A DNA stretch of 64,000 nt from a bacterium (GTDB lineage Bacteria > SAR324 > NAC60-12), in the NCBI GenBank assembly GCA_965209155.1, contig OZ242383.1, positions 672,001-736,000 on the forward strand. The letters are read 5' to 3'. Both the position numbers and the translations under genes were made by a program. This document shows, one piece after another, positions 29,103 through 40,886 of the stretch (its first letter is position 1; each line of letters starts with the position of its first letter). Below the pieces are notes generated by a model. It searched no databases. It saw only the letters and a list, made by a program, of their open reading frames with translations, and was not told where the DNA came from.

Positions 29103-31169
29103 TCAGGCATCTTTGATGCTGAGCTGTAATTTACCACGGCGGTCGAACCCGATTGCGCGAACGCGGACTTCTTGACCCTCCTGGACCACCTGGCTTACCG
29201 TTTTCACCCGTCCTTCCGCCAGATTGGAAATATGGACCAGACCTTGAGTGCCTGGAAATATTTCCACGAAAGCGCCAAAATCAACGACCTTGACCACCAT
29301 CCCTTCATACACCGTACCGATTTCGGCAGCACGGGTGAGATCATGAATCATCTCCAGGGCCTCGTCCACCGCCTGGTGATCGGTAGAAACGACGGAGACG
29401 ATACCATCGTCATTGACGTTGATTTTTGCGCCGGTTTTTTCCGTGATATTTTTGATCACTTTGCCACCAGGACCAATCACGTCGCGGATTTTATCAACGG
29501 GAATCTTGTGCGTGACGAAGCGAGGGGCATAACTGGAAAGGCCTTCCCGGGAAGTGGAAATTTCCTCCTTCATCACTTCCAGAATGTGGAGCCGCCCTTC
29601 TTTTGCCTGGGAGAGCGCCCTTTCGATGATGTCGCGGTCGATGCCCGTGACCTTGATGTCCATTTGCAATGCCGTAATGCCGTTTTCCGTGCCCACCACT
29701 TTGAAATCCATGTCTCCCAGGTGGTCTTCGTCTCCCAGAATATCGGAAAGAATGACGGTGCGGTCGTCTTCATGGATCAACCCCATGGCGATTCCGGCCG
29801 TGGCCGCTCGCAACGGTACGCCGGCATCCATCATGGCCAGGGAAGCGCCACAGACGGTTGCCATGGAAGAAGAGCCGTTGGATTCCAATATTTCGGAAAC
29901 CACGCGAATCGTATAAGGGAATGCTTCACGCTCCGGAAGAATGGGGATCACTCCTTTTTCCGCCAGGAATCCGTGGCCAATTTCACGCCGGCCCGGAGCG
30001 CGGGGAGGACGGGCTTCACCGACGGAAAAAGCGGGAAAGTTATAGTGGAGGAGAAAATTTTTATAGGAGATGCCATCCAGGGCATCGATCATTTGTTCGT
30101 CTTCTTTGGTACCCAGGGTGGTGATGACCAGCGCCTGGGTTTCTCCCCGGGTGAACAATGCCGAACCATGAGCCCGTGGCAGGACTCCGGTTTCACAGGT
30201 AATTTCCCGGATATCCGTCAAGGATCGTCCATCAATTCGAATGCCATTGTCCAGAATTCCGGATCGCATTTCCCTTTTTTTCAAGGCGGCAAGCATTTGC
30301 TCGATTTCCTGTTTTTTGTCTTCATCTTCCATCCCCAAGGCTTCCACGACCTCGGTCCCGACCGTATCCATCATGGCGTAGCGCTTCAATTTATCCTTGG
30401 TCTTCAAGGCTTTCCGTACTTTGGGAAGGGCGACCTTCTCAACCCGGCCTTGCAGTTCCACATTTTCTTCCGGGGGAACGACAAGTCGTTTGGGCTGTCC
30501 ACACTCACGCGCCAGTTCTTGCTGGACGGCAAGGAGAGGCTGGATGGCTTCATGTCCGAAAAGAATCGCCTCCACCATCAATGCTTCGGAAAGCTGGTTG
30601 GCTTCGCCTTCCACCATCAAGATGGCATCTTGCGAGCCGGCAATCAAAAGATCCAAGGCGCTTTTTTCCAATGCGGACGGGAGGGGGTTGACCACGAATT
30701 GATCGTCGATGTAGCCGATGCGCGCCCCTGCGACCGGGGTGGTGAACGGGATATCGGAAAGGAGAAGCGCCGTCGATGCGCCCGTCATGGCAGCAACATC
30801 GGGTCCATTGACCAGGTCCGAACTCAAGACCGTGGCCTGTACAACGGTCTCTGCCTGGAAATGCTTATCAAAAAGAGGACGCAGGGGGCGGTCGATGAAG
30901 CGGGAAATCAAAGTTTCCCGATCCGATAAACGGCCTTCCCGTTTGAAGAATCCACCAGGAATCCGACCCGTAGCATAGGCTTTTTCAACGTAGTGGACGG
31001 AGAGAGGAAAAAAATCTCGAGCCTCTCCAGCTTCTTTTTCTGCCGTGGCAGTCACCAGGACGAGGGTGTCTCCATAACGGACGACGACCGAACCGCCGGC
31101 TTGCTTGGCCATTCTTCCCGTTTCGATGGAAAAGGGTCGGCCTCCAAATTCAGTTTCTACTATTTTCAT
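29103..31169 (-). CDS. pnp: Polyribonucleotide nucleotidyltransferase
   Basis: RIPGGFFKREGR, SNGSSSMA, EDHLGDMDFKV, KH and S1 domains. Confidence 0.98.
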   Translation of the reverse strand: MKIVETEFGGRPFSIETGRMAKQAGGSVVVRYGDTLVLVTATAEKEAGEARDFFPLSVHYVEKAYATGRIPGGFFKREGRLSDRETLISRFIDRPLRPLFDKHFQAETVVQATVLSSDLVNGPDVAAMTGASTALLLSDIPFTTPVAGARIGYIDDQFVVNPLPSALEKSALDLLIAGSQDAILMVEGEANQLSEALMVEAILFGHEAIQPLLAVQQELARECGQPKRLVVPPEENVELQGRVEKVALPKVRKALKTKDKLKRYAMMDTVGTEVVEALGMEDEDKKQEIEQMLAALKKREMRSGILDNGIRIDGRSLTDIREITCETGVLPRAHGSALFTRGETQALVITTLGTKEDEQMIDALDGISYKNFLLHYNFPAFSVGEARPPRAPGRREIGHGFLAEKGVIPILPEREAFPYTIRVVSEILESNGSSSMATVCGASLAMMDAGVPLRAATAGIAMGLIHEDDRTVILSDILGDEDHLGDMDFKVVGTENGITALQMDIKVTGIDRDIIERALSQAKEGRLHILEVMKEEISTSREGLSSYAPRFVTHKIPVDKIRDVIGPGGKVIKNITEKTGAKINVNDDGIVSVVSTDHQAVDEALEMIHDLTRAAEIGTVYEGMVVKVVDFGAFVEIFPGTQGLVHISNLAEGRVKTVSQVVQEGQEVRVRAIGFDRRGKLQLSIKDA

Positions 31170-31190
31170 AAAGTGTTACTCCAAGCGGGT

Positions 31191-31457
31191 TTATTTGCGG
31201 ATTCCTAAACGCTTGATAATGTCCCGGTAACGCTCCATGTCTTTTTTCATCAAGTAATTCAAAAAACTGCGGCGACGTCCAACGAGTTTCAAGAGTCCTC
31301 TGCGTGAATCGTGATCTTTGGGTTTTTGTTGCAGATGGGTGGTCAGATAGTTTATACGGGATGTCAACAAAGCCACCTGAACTTCCGCAGAACCCGTATC
31401 GTTTTTAGTGCGACCATATTCTTCAGTGATTTTGATTTTTGCTTCTTTGCTCAGCAT
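31191..31457 (-). CDS. rpsO: 30S ribosomal protein S15
   Basis: [30 protein letters not shown]. Confidence 0.98.
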   Translation of the reverse strand: MLSKEAKIKITEEYGRTKNDTGSAEVQVALLTSRINYLTTHLQQKPKDHDSRRGLLKLVGRRRSFLNYLMKKDMERYRDIIKRLGIRK

Positions 31458-31465
31458 CGTTTTCT

Positions 31466-32386
31466 CTATATAAAAATTTTTGAAGGATTGAATTGGCGAC
31501 GGTTTTTATGAGCCGCGATGTGCCCGATGGCCACTAAAGTATTTCGAGCGTCCACTACTTTAGTGGGAAGCGGAAATTCTTTTCCGCTAAGCGGAGAACA
31601 GGATTTTATGCTTTCCAAAGGCAGTGATTGTCCATGACTCAAACGGTTTTGCGCTTCATGGCTGGCATATAGAGTATGGTGTTCATTCAAAATGTCAACA
31701 GGATTGATGCGGAAAGAGAAATCGTCCCGTTGTTTGCGGAAGGACAATGATTGCAGACGATGCGCATTTTCCAGGGTAAAGTAAGCTCCGACGGACAACC
31801 TTTGCAGGTCAGCCAGGTAGGCCCCTACTCCCAGGCTCTGGCCCACGTCATACGCCAGGGAGCGGATGTACGTGCCGCTGGAGCAACTCACTCGCATAAC
31901 GACCAGGGGGAGTTGAATCGACTCAAGGCGAATGGAATCGATACAAATTGTTTTTTCTTTGCGCACCAGCGATTTCCCCTGACGAGCAATGCGGTAAGCA
32001 GGGACGCCATGGTACTTGACGGCTGAAAATTCGGGAATCCGTTGGCGCTGCATCCCTTTGTACCGCAAAAGACACTGTTCAATGACTTCGGGGGTCAAAT
32101 GATCGATACCGCACTCCGCAATGACCTCACCCTCGGCATCCAGGGTTTCAGTCTGCTGACCCAGTTTCAGGGTGGCTCGATATTCTTTGTTTAATCCATT
32201 GAAGAGGAAAATGAGCTTGGTCGCTTTGCCCATAAATACGGGTAAAACTCCACTTGCGAGGGGGTCCAGGGTCCCCAAGTGCCCGATTTTCCTGACGTCG
32301 AACAGTTTTTTCAGCGTCTTGACTACGCCATAGGAGCTGATTCCTCGCTCCTTGTCGACATTGACAATCGTATTCAAATCAACCAT
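31466..32386 (-). CDS. truB: tRNA pseudouridine(55) synthase
   Basis: [26 protein letters not shown]. Confidence 0.96.
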   Translation of the reverse strand: MVDLNTIVNVDKERGISSYGVVKTLKKLFDVRKIGHLGTLDPLASGVLPVFMGKATKLIFLFNGLNKEYRATLKLGQQTETLDAEGEVIAECGIDHLTPEVIEQCLLRYKGMQRQRIPEFSAVKYHGVPAYRIARQGKSLVRKEKTICIDSIRLESIQLPLVVMRVSCSSGTYIRSLAYDVGQSLGVGAYLADLQRLSVGAYFTLENAHRLQSLSFRKQRDDFSFRINPVDILNEHHTLYASHEAQNRLSHGQSLPLESIKSCSPLSGKEFPLPTKVVDARNTLVAIGHIAAHKNRRQFNPSKIFI

Positions 32387-32736
32387 TAACGAATTTCTTC
32401 CTGCGATACCTGCTTGAGGAGCATATCAATTTGTCCACTGTAGTCAAATCCTTTATCATAGATGAACCTCAAGCGTGGGGTGTTTTTCGTTTTCAAGGCA
32501 TGGCCCAGGATGTTGCTGAAAAAACCGGCGGCATGGTTCAGCGACAGGGTGAGTTCTTCAATTTGTTCGGGAGGATAAGCAGAAAAATAAATGTGCGCCA
32601 TGGAGAGGCCCCTGACCGCTTCAACCCGGCTGATGGTTACCCGTTTAAAGCGGGGATCATTGCACTCCCTGATGAGAATTTCCGACAATTTCCGATGAAT
32701 CAAAGCGTTTTGCGTGCCATTTTTTACGTTACGCAT
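32386..32736 (-). CDS. rbfA: Ribosome-binding factor A
   Basis: DPRF..VTIS, TPRLRFIYD; position between infB and truB; ATG at 32736. Confidence 0.9.
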   Translation of the reverse strand: MRNVKNGTQNALIHRKLSEILIRECNDPRFKRVTISRVEAVRGLSMAHIYFSAYPPEQIEELTLSLNHAAGFFSNILGHALKTKNTPRLRFIYDKGFDYSGQIDMLLKQVSQEEIR

Positions 32737-32741
32737 GGTTC

Positions 32742-35369
32742 CTACAATGTGGCAGATTCTTCTACTTGAACATAAGCCTCGATGACGTCGCCGACTTGCA
32801 CTGCATGAGAATCGACCACCACTCCGCATTCATAGTTATTCAATACTTCCGAAACATCATCCTTGAAACGTTTCAGGGAAAGCAGGTCGCCTTGGTGGAC
32901 GACGTCTTCTCTGCGGAAGATACGAACCAGCACATCTCGCAGCAATTTCCCTTCCGTGACGTAGCATCCCAGGATCTGACCGGATTTGTTGGCATTGAAG
33001 ATCTGGCGAACTTCGCAGCGGCCGATCACTTCATCGCGGAGCAGGGGTTTGAGCATGCCTTCCAACGCCTTTTTCGCGTCGTCGATGGCATTGTAGATCA
33101 CGTCATAGAGGCGAACGTCCACTTTCTCTCTTGAATTGACGATTTTGGCATTGACGTCGAGCAGGGTGTTGAAACCGATAATGATGGCATCCGAGGCGGA
33201 GGCCAGCAAGACGTCATTTTCGGTAATGTTGCCAATACCCGTGTGCAGGAAACGAATGGAAACCTGTTCATTGCCCAATTGGGAGAGGGAGGCCTGCAAA
33301 GCTTCAACGGAACCTTGAACGTCGGCTTTAATGAGAATTTTCAGTTCCACGTGTTCTTCTGAGGCAATGCGACTGAATAAATTTTCCAGGTGCAATTTTC
33401 GTTGCTGAGCCGCCTCGTCGTCTTTGCCTTTGGAGGCGCGATTTTCCGCAATCTGACGCGCCGTTTTTTCATCGTCCAGAACAATAAAATGTTCGCCAAT
33501 GGTTGGCGTACTATTGAAGCCCAACACTTCGGCAGGGGTGGATGGAGTGACTTTTTGGATCGCATGTCCCTTGTCGTCGAAGAGGGCGCGCACTTTACCG
33601 AAAGTATCACCAACCACGTAAAAATCGCCGACGCGCAAAGTCCCTTGTTGAATCAAAACCGTGCCCACGGGTCCCCGTCCTTTGATGATTTGGGATTCTA
33701 TGATCACTCCCCGGGAGTTTCCACCGAGCGGAGCCTTCAATTCCAGCACCTCGGCTTGCAGGTGTATCATTTCCAGCAAGTGTTCCAAACCTTCACCCGT
33801 TTTTGCCGAAGCTTTCACGAAAATGGTTTCCCCTCCCAAGTCTTCGCTGACCAAATTGTGTTCCAGTAGTCCTTGTTGAACTCGAGACGGATTTGCTTCG
33901 GGACGGTCGATTTTGTTGATGACCACGATGATGGGAACCCCGGCTGCCTGGGCATGGTGGATGGCTTCGATCGTTTGCGGTTGCACTCCATCGTCCGCAG
34001 CCACGACGAGTACGACGATATCGGTGACGTTCGCCCCCCGCGCCCGCATGGCGGTGAATGCTTCGTGCCCCGGAGTGTCCAGGAAGGTGATATCTCCCAT
34101 CGGGGTTTCTACCCGGTATGCGCCGATGTGCTGGGTGATGCCTCCCGCTTCCCCTTCCGAGACCTGGGTTTCTCGTATTTTGTCCAGTAAAGACGTTTTG
34201 CCATGATCCACGTGTCCCATGATCGTGACGATAGGGGCGCGCGCGATGAGTTCATGAACATCTTGATCAAGCTCCAGGACGTCTTCGAGATGCGCTGTTT
34301 CCAACTCCACGTCGATGCTGAATTCTGAAGCGATCAAAGCCGCAGTTTCTCCCGGGATGTTTTGATTGATGGTTGCCATCACTTCCATCGTCATCAGTTT
34401 TTTAATAATGTCTGAGGCCTTGATTCCAATTTGTCCTGCCAATTCCCCCACCGTGATGCTGGAACCGATCTTTATGCTTTTCTTCCTGGGGTTGAAAGTG
34501 TGCTTCTTTTTTTCCAGGACTTTTATTTTTTGCCGGTTGCGTCGATTCCTTTTACGCCGGGTTCGTTCCCACTGGTCTCCTTCATCTTCGGGAGGAACCA
34601 GCAGGTGGAAGCGTTTGGGAGACTTTTTAGCCCGTCCTTCGGTAATACTTTCCTCTTCCCAAGCGGAGCGTTTGTCCCGTTTGGGGTCTTTGGCGGCTGG
34701 CCTGTGAGCATCGAGGTCGATGAATTCGACCGATTTTTTCTTTTTCTCCGCAGGCGGGTGAAGCTCTGCAGGTTTCACGAGGGGAGGGGCCGGAGCGACT
34801 TCTTTTTCTTTTTCGATAGTTTCCGCAAGGGGCTTCGACTCGAGGTCTGCCTTTTCTTCGAGAGGCTCGGGTTCTGCTTTGGTTTCTACAGCCGGTTGGC
34901 TCTCGGCTACTTCCGGCTCAATTGATTTTTCAGGTTCTGCAGGTTCGACTGCAGACTTTTCGGCAAGTTCTTGCTCCTCCTCGAGAGCCACTTTTTCCAT
35001 TTCGACCGGGCTCTCTTCGAGGGGAGGAGGCGTAACGGGTTTTTCTTCCAAGGGTGGAGCTTCAGCTTCAGGAGCTTTCTTGGTTTTAATGACGCGGCGA
35101 GCTCTTCTTTCAGACGTCACTTCCATCGTTTCCGCATCGGATTCGGCAGGAATTCTTTTACGACGAATGACCTTACCCGTGCGGGCGATGGACGCATCGG
35201 AAGACACAGTTTGCTCCGGGATTTCAATCAATTTAGCCTTGATGAAAGCAATTTCTTCTTCGGTCAATCCCTTGAAGTTACTCTCCGCAACAATCCCGAA
35301 ACTCATCATCTGATGAATCAGTTGCTTGGAAGGCATGTTCAATTCTCTGGCTAATTCAAATACCCTCAT
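32742..35369 (-). CDS. infB: Translation initiation factor IF-2
   Basis: [28 protein letters not shown]. Confidence 0.98.
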   Translation of the reverse strand: MRVFELARELNMPSKQLIHQMMSFGIVAESNFKGLTEEEIAFIKAKLIEIPEQTVSSDASIARTGKVIRRKRIPAESDAETMEVTSERRARRVIKTKKAPEAEAPPLEEKPVTPPPLEESPVEMEKVALEEEQELAEKSAVEPAEPEKSIEPEVAESQPAVETKAEPEPLEEKADLESKPLAETIEKEKEVAPAPPLVKPAELHPPAEKKKKSVEFIDLDAHRPAAKDPKRDKRSAWEEESITEGRAKKSPKRFHLLVPPEDEGDQWERTRRKRNRRNRQKIKVLEKKKHTFNPRKKSIKIGSSITVGELAGQIGIKASDIIKKLMTMEVMATINQNIPGETAALIASEFSIDVELETAHLEDVLELDQDVHELIARAPIVTIMGHVDHGKTSLLDKIRETQVSEGEAGGITQHIGAYRVETPMGDITFLDTPGHEAFTAMRARGANVTDIVVLVVAADDGVQPQTIEAIHHAQAAGVPIIVVINKIDRPEANPSRVQQGLLEHNLVSEDLGGETIFVKASAKTGEGLEHLLEMIHLQAEVLELKAPLGGNSRGVIIESQIIKGRGPVGTVLIQQGTLRVGDFYVVGDTFGKVRALFDDKGHAIQKVTPSTPAEVLGFNSTPTIGEHFIVLDDEKTARQIAENRASKGKDDEAAQQRKLHLENLFSRIASEEHVELKILIKADVQGSVEALQASLSQLGNEQVSIRFLHTGIGNITENDVLLASASDAIIIGFNTLLDVNAKIVNSREKVDVRLYDVIYNAIDDAKKALEGMLKPLLRDEVIGRCEVRQIFNANKSGQILGCYVTEGKLLRDVLVRIFRREDVVHQGDLLSLKRFKDDVSEVLNNYECGVVVDSHAVQVGDVIEAYVQVEESATL

Positions 35370-35375
35370 CTTCTG

Positions 35376-36734
35376 TCATATTCCTTTCCCGTTAAACTCA
35401 TTTGGAGAGGATTCGCTCTCTTGTTTTTCTGCCGTCACAGGATCTTCTTCTGTCTGGAATTCCGACTGGTTCATCGTTCCGACCTCTTCTGATACCTGAT
35501 CGTCGCTTGATAGTACAGTAGTTTTTGAAGGTGGGTCGTCATGCGGAGCACTTTCCTCGGAGGAGACTGCTTCACCAGCCGTTGCGGATTCCGCTTCATT
35601 TCCGGAAGCTCCTTCTTCCAACAGAGCATTTCCCTCACTGGAACGTTCTTTTTCCAATTCCAGGGCAATTTGATCTTCGATGGAAATCGAGGGCCCCTCG
35701 TCCAGTGAGGATACGTTGATTTTATAACCGAGCAATTTGGACGCCAATCGCACGTTTTGCCCTTTTTTTCCGATTGCCAGAGAAAGTTGGTCCTGATCGA
35801 CCCAAATATTGATTTCCCGTTGTTCTTCATCGATTCCCATGCGCGCAATTTCCGCAGGCGCCATCGCGTAGGCGAGATAGGTGGGCAAATCTTCGCTCCA
35901 CCGGACAATGTCGATTTTTTCTCCGCGCAACTCGTTGACGATCGATTGCACGCGACTGCCGCGCAATCCCACGCACGCGCCCACCGGATCGATATCACCG
36001 TCCGTGGTATACACCGCGACTTTAGCGCGCCTTCCAGGCTCACGGGAGGCATTGACCACTTCGACAATGCCGTCGTATACTTCCGGAACTTCCATCTCGA
36101 ACAATTTCATTAAAAAGCCAGGGTGGGTTCTGGAAATCATCAGTTGGGAAGGATATTTGGGATCATTGGAAACATCCATCAGGAAAACGCGAATATGATC
36201 TCCTTGATCAAACCGTTCGCCCGGGATCTGTTCTCTCCTGAAAAGGTAAGCTTCCGTCCGGTTGAAATTGATCGCAATATGTCCACCATGTTCGGTTCGA
36301 ATCACCGTTCCTGTCAGGATTTCTCCCTTGCGTTCGCTGAAGGTCGTGAAAATTATTTCCCGTTCGGCGTCCTTGATCTTTTTGAAGATGAACTGACGAG
36401 TGGTTTGGGCGATGCGATTGAATTCTCTGGCATCGATTTCATATTCGACTTCGTCTCCTTCTTCGGCCGATTCATCCATGGCCAGGGCTTCTTCCAGGGA
36501 GATTTCATTTTCCGGATCGATTGCGAATTGCGCCACCTTTTTGTATTGGAACAATTCTATCTCTCCCGTCTTCGGGTTCAATTCGGCTTCAATCGAATCG
36601 TATTTCGTCAACTTTTTACGCGCTGCCGCGGCAACAGCTTCTTCGACGATTTGAACAAGATCCCCCCGGTCCATGCCTTTTTCTTGCGCCAGGTCATTGA
36701 TCGCGTCCATTAAATTTTCTTTCACTGCAGCCAT
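35376..36734 (-). CDS. nusA: Transcription termination factor NusA
   Basis: EVPEVYDG, DPVGACVG, LSLAIGKKGQNVRLA; acidic C-terminal tail. Confidence 0.97.
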   Translation of the reverse strand: MAAVKENLMDAINDLAQEKGMDRGDLVQIVEEAVAAAARKKLTKYDSIEAELNPKTGEIELFQYKKVAQFAIDPENEISLEEALAMDESAEEGDEVEYEIDAREFNRIAQTTRQFIFKKIKDAEREIIFTTFSERKGEILTGTVIRTEHGGHIAINFNRTEAYLFRREQIPGERFDQGDHIRVFLMDVSNDPKYPSQLMISRTHPGFLMKLFEMEVPEVYDGIVEVVNASREPGRRAKVAVYTTDGDIDPVGACVGLRGSRVQSIVNELRGEKIDIVRWSEDLPTYLAYAMAPAEIARMGIDEEQREINIWVDQDQLSLAIGKKGQNVRLASKLLGYKINVSSLDEGPSISIEDQIALELEKERSSEGNALLEEGASGNEAESATAGEAVSSEESAPHDDPPSKTTVLSSDDQVSEEVGTMNQSEFQTEEDPVTAEKQESESSPNEFNGKGI

Positions 36735-36754
36735 ATTGGAGTTCCTGAGAGAAA

Positions 36755-37201
36755 TTATTTGATTCGCGCCTTGGCTACTTGCTGATACGTCAATTGCAGG
36801 CGCTCTCCATTTTCCGGAAGTAGTTCAAAACCTTCGGATGTTGCTGAAAGCAGCCGTCCGGTGAACTTTTTACGGTCCAGAACAGGCTCTGTGAGCGTGA
36901 TTTGAATGGTTTCCCCGACAAATCTTTTAAAATGATCCGCTTTTTTAAGTGAACGAAAAATACCTGGAGAAGAAACTTCGAGAGTGTATTTTTGCCTGAT
37001 GAAATCATTCGTTGCTAAAATGGGATCGACGATACGATTCACTGAGACGCAGTCATCCAGAGTGACTCCACGAGGATGATCTATGTACAAACGCAGCACC
37101 CAATGGCTCCTTTCTCTTCGAAACTCGAGATCCCACAACTCATAACCCGCCTCTTCGATGGGAGATTCGAGAAATTTTGCGATCTGCCCGGCATCGGTCA
37201 T
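36755..37201 (-). CDS. rimP: Ribosome maturation factor RimP
   Basis: LRLYID, VTLDDC, YTLEVSSPG. Confidence 0.95.
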   Translation of the reverse strand: MTDAGQIAKFLESPIEEAGYELWDLEFRRERSHWVLRLYIDHPRGVTLDDCVSVNRIVDPILATNDFIRQKYTLEVSSPGIFRSLKKADHFKRFVGETIQITLTEPVLDRKKFTGRLLSATSEGFELLPENGERLQLTYQQVAKARIK

Positions 37202-37434
37202 CCTTCAATCTCTTCGCTTCCATAGTTCGGATAGTCGACAGTCAATCCGTTCTTTCCATTGCTTTGAGGCGAAATGCATAAGCAAAAGCTTTTCTCGAGA
37301 GCGTGAAGAGGTCAAGTCGGTACTCTTGCGCCTTCCGTAGGATGGAAATTAAACCCTGAGGATATCATTTGAAATAATATTTGTCGATTTTTTTTTAATT
37401 CTTCATGAAATCCGGGAATATGCGTGAAAATTAT

Positions 37435-37640
37435 TAACTCATGTTGAGTGTATGGAACATGCGGGAGATCTATTTTATTCCAGAAGCTCTTAAAATAGAA
37501 GGCACAAAGGCACAAAGGCGCAAAGGCACAAAGGCGCAAAGGCACAAAGGCACTGTGGTTTTTATTTTACTCTACTTTTCTAATCAGGCTCCCAAGCATT
37601 CGTTCAATCTCCCCTGTCTTTTCACTTATTTTTCAAAGTC
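37435..37640. repeat. Repeat-element remnant: conserved flank + (GGCRCAAA)n tandem array + reverse-oriented 3' end of a four-helix-bundle gene
   Basis: 37435..37491 is homologous to 44339..44395; array at 37499..37553; minus strand encodes EKTGEIERMLGSLIRKVE*. Confidence 0.75.
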
Positions 37641-37765
37641 ATGATGGGGAACAAATCCCGGATGGGAAGCAATCTCCAATTGGGTTTGTCGTGCATATTA
37701 TGATCCATTGGCGATCTGCAAAAAGCGAAAAATTATGGATCGAGGTTGGTGGAAAAGCAGGGCGA

Positions 37766-39814
37766 TCAGGTCTGGAGTGAATCCAGGATCAGTTCCGAGA
37801 TGTCCTTACTTTGGATTTTTTCTTCATTACCGGTTGCGACGATACCATCCTGGATCATGGTCATGCAAAAAGGACATCCCGTGGCGATCGTGGTGGCACC
37901 AATTTCAGCTGCCTGGGTGACGCGTTCTTCGTTAACGCGAGTGCCGATGTTCTCTTCCAACCACATGCGCGCCCCTCCGGCCCCACAGCAAAAACTTTCA
38001 TTCCGACTGCGAGACATTTCCAGCTTTTTTTCTCGAGTGACCGCGTCGATCAAGCGGCGGGGCGCCTCATATTCTTTGTTATAACGTCCCAAATAACAAG
38101 GATCGTGGAACGTGACTTTTCCTTTGATTTCGGGATGCACGTGCAGTTTCCCCTCTTCGAGCAATTGGGCGATGAATTGAGAATGGTGATAAACCTCGTA
38201 TTTCCCTTCCAATTGAGGGTATTCGTTTTTCAGCGCATTGAGGCAATGCGGACATTGCGTGACCACCTTTTTGATTTTGTATTTATTTAATCTTTCAACG
38301 TTTTCACCGGCCAGCACCTGGTAAAGCATTTCATTTCCGGAGCGTCGAGCCAGATCGCCGGTGCATTTTTCTTCACTACCCAAAATTGCGAATTTTATGT
38401 TGGCTTTTTGTAATATCCTGGCAAGTGCCCTGGCTACTTTTTGATTGCGATCATCAAACGAACCTGCGCATCCGACCCACATCAGTACGTCGACCTGCCC
38501 GGTGTTCGTGTCGGACAATTGCGGAATATTCAAATCCTTCGCCCAATGCGCGCGTTGATCGTAACCAATTCCCCAGGGATTGGCATTGCGTTCCATTCCT
38601 TTGTAGGCCGTGTTGATTTCAACGGGATGCGCTTCAAAAAGCATATTTTGCGCTTGTCTCATGGCAATGATGCGAGGGACGTGTTCGATACCGACCGGGC
38701 ATACTTCTTCACAGGCCCGGCATGTGGTACAGGCCCACAAGGTATCCGGGTGGATAACGTCTCCTACCAATTGCTTGCGACCACTGCTTTTCTTATGCTT
38801 TTTGAGGTATGGGATTTCTTCTTCCAAATGATTTTTCAAGCTGTCGTTCATGTCCTTCAAAGTCAAGGGCTTGAAGGTAACATAGGTGGGGCAAATCGAT
38901 TTACAGCGACCACATTCGGTGCAGGTGTATAAATCAAGAACCTGTTTCCAGGAAAGATGTTCGATGCGGGTCATGCCGAGACTTTCGTTTTCCCATACTT
39001 CTTCATTTTCACAATCCAATAATGCGACCGGAGTGTGTGGATAATCCAGGGAGCCAAAAAAAACATTGGGAAGGGCGGTGATCACGTGCATGTGTTTGGA
39101 AGCGGGAAGGATGGGTAAAAACGTCAGGAGTACGCTGACATGGGTCCAATATGCGAAGTAGTAAATACCCCATGTTACGGTTTCACTCGATCCCGGGAGA
39201 ATTTTGCTGACCAAAAAGGCCAGCGGAGCCCAGGTCATTTCATTGCCGTAGATCGGACTGTGGAGGTAGTCCAATTCTACCAGGTGAAGCGTAATCAGGT
39301 TGAACCTGGCCGCATCATAAAGTAGATCAGTGACCATCAAAGCGCCGATCAACCCCAATATCAGAAAGGCTTCAATGCTGTTGGAAAGACGGACGGGTCT
39401 GAGCAAGATCCGGCGGTAAAGGGCGAAAAGCACCATACACAGGACGATGCCTTCAAAAATATCTTTGAGCAGGGTGTATACATAGCCAAAGAGGGCTTCC
39501 GAATGTAAGAGTGGAAGCAGGTTTTGAAATCCTGGCGTGAAACCCTCTCCTAGAAGAATCAATGAACGTAAGCCAAGGACGAGGAATCCCCAGAAAATGA
39601 AACTGTGCATGGCCCCCGAAGCGCGTTCGCGCTTTCGCCCGATGAGACGACGCTGTCGAAAGCCGAGATCGAACATCTGTCTGATTCGTTCGGGTATGCG
39701 ATCGAATCGATTTTCCGGGGCGACGAGCAGCAAGACGTTGACCTTTATAAAGACAAAGTAGCTGAAGGTTGCCAGGGAAAGAACCAACATCAGACTGATC
39801 AAAATCGGATTCAT
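37766..39814 (-). CDS. Membrane-anchored Fe-S oxidoreductase (FadF/HdrD-like, CCG domains), likely ETF partner
   Basis: N-terminal TMs, CTECGRC..CP and CTTCRAC..CP, WVGC, HDPCYLGR, CCGAGG. Confidence 0.9.
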   Translation of the reverse strand: MNPILISLMLVLSLATFSYFVFIKVNVLLLVAPENRFDRIPERIRQMFDLGFRQRRLIGRKRERASGAMHSFIFWGFLVLGLRSLILLGEGFTPGFQNLLPLLHSEALFGYVYTLLKDIFEGIVLCMVLFALYRRILLRPVRLSNSIEAFLILGLIGALMVTDLLYDAARFNLITLHLVELDYLHSPIYGNEMTWAPLAFLVSKILPGSSETVTWGIYYFAYWTHVSVLLTFLPILPASKHMHVITALPNVFFGSLDYPHTPVALLDCENEEVWENESLGMTRIEHLSWKQVLDLYTCTECGRCKSICPTYVTFKPLTLKDMNDSLKNHLEEEIPYLKKHKKSSGRKQLVGDVIHPDTLWACTTCRACEEVCPVGIEHVPRIIAMRQAQNMLFEAHPVEINTAYKGMERNANPWGIGYDQRAHWAKDLNIPQLSDTNTGQVDVLMWVGCAGSFDDRNQKVARALARILQKANIKFAILGSEEKCTGDLARRSGNEMLYQVLAGENVERLNKYKIKKVVTQCPHCLNALKNEYPQLEGKYEVYHHSQFIAQLLEEGKLHVHPEIKGKVTFHDPCYLGRYNKEYEAPRRLIDAVTREKKLEMSRSRNESFCCGAGGARMWLEENIGTRVNEERVTQAAEIGATTIATGCPFCMTMIQDGIVATGNEEKIQSKDISELILDSLQT

Positions 39815-39861
39815 GCTTGTTTCTCCTCCAAGGGCATGTGGATATACCTTTTCAAAAAAAT

Positions 39862-40827
39862 TCAGGCGGCTTTCATTTTTTGAATTTTTTCAATCAAGAG
39901 GGGCACGACCTTGAACAAGTCGCCGACAATACCGTAATCAGCGACTTTGAAAATAGGAGCATCGGGATCTTTATTGACGGCGACAATCAGTTTGGAACCA
40001 CTCATACCAGCCAAATGTTGGATAGCCCCCGAGATGCCAATGGCAAAATAGACGTCCGGGGTTACCACCTTGCCGGTTTGACCCACTTGGGCGGTATGGG
40101 GCATCCACCCTGCATCGCAAACGGCCCTGGAAGAACCGAATGCCGCTCCCAGGGCATGAGACAAAGGACGGACCAATTCGACCCCCTCGGGTCCTTTTAC
40201 GCCACGGCCAACCGAAACGACAATACGCGCTTCCTGTAAGTCGATCTCCCCGGTACTTTCAGCGACCACTTCCTTCACCAAAACCCGCAGGTCCTGCGCA
40301 GGTAATGAAAGTCGAACCACATCCGCAGGGGCTCTTTCCGCAGGAACCACGTCAAACGCGCCAGGGCGAATGCTCAGGACCCGGATTCCCTGGTGGGTGA
40401 AAGTGCATTCCTGCATGACTTTGCTTGCCATGCAAGGACGCTTCGTGATCAATGCTTCCCCATCGAGTTTTAAGTCAATGTTGTCGGAAAGGGCACCCAC
40501 CCCCAGTCGAGCCGCAATGCGTGGAGTGAGGTCTCTTCCCGATTCCGAAGCGCTGAGCCATACCTGCGAAGCAGCAGATTGCTCGAGGGCGTCTACGACG
40601 AGAGCAGTGTAAGTGGCCGTGTTATAAAGAGCCAGGGAAGCGTCATCGGCAAGATAAACTTTTCGAGCGCCATGTCCTGCCAGCATTTCCGCTTGTTCAC
40701 TGAGGCCATCGCCTATCAGAACCGCCTCGCATTCGAGATTCAAACTTTTTGAGTATGAAAGCAATTCCAAAGTTGGTTTTTTGATTTCGTTTCCCTTCAC
40801 TTCGGCCACTACCAGTATTTTTGTCAT
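39862..40827 (-). CDS. etfA: Electron transfer flavoprotein alpha subunit
   Basis: [30 protein letters not shown]. Confidence 0.96.
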   Translation of the reverse strand: MTKILVVAEVKGNEIKKPTLELLSYSKSLNLECEAVLIGDGLSEQAEMLAGHGARKVYLADDASLALYNTATYTALVVDALEQSAASQVWLSASESGRDLTPRIAARLGVGALSDNIDLKLDGEALITKRPCMASKVMQECTFTHQGIRVLSIRPGAFDVVPAERAPADVVRLSLPAQDLRVLVKEVVAESTGEIDLQEARIVVSVGRGVKGPEGVELVRPLSHALGAAFGSSRAVCDAGWMPHTAQVGQTGKVVTPDVYFAIGISGAIQHLAGMSGSKLIVAVNKDPDAPIFKVADYGIVGDLFKVVPLLIEKIQKMKAA

Positions 40828-40886
40828 TCGTTCATTTCTCGATGAAAAGTTCGGATATTAAGGGAATTTATGGTTGTTCGTATTGC

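Noticed and set aside
29172..30929. 585-aa plus-strand ORF and similar long antisense ORFs (24090..25226, 4975..6093, 53749..54666)
   Set aside because: They lie antisense to well-conserved genes (pnp, cobA, PKS, hsdR) and have no recognisable motifs; these are shadow ORFs.
37499..37553. Tandem GGCACAAA repeats (also 44408-44451 and 44727-44753) as a CRISPR array
   Set aside because: The 8-bp units have no unique spacers and there are no cas genes; this is a minisatellite within a repeat element.
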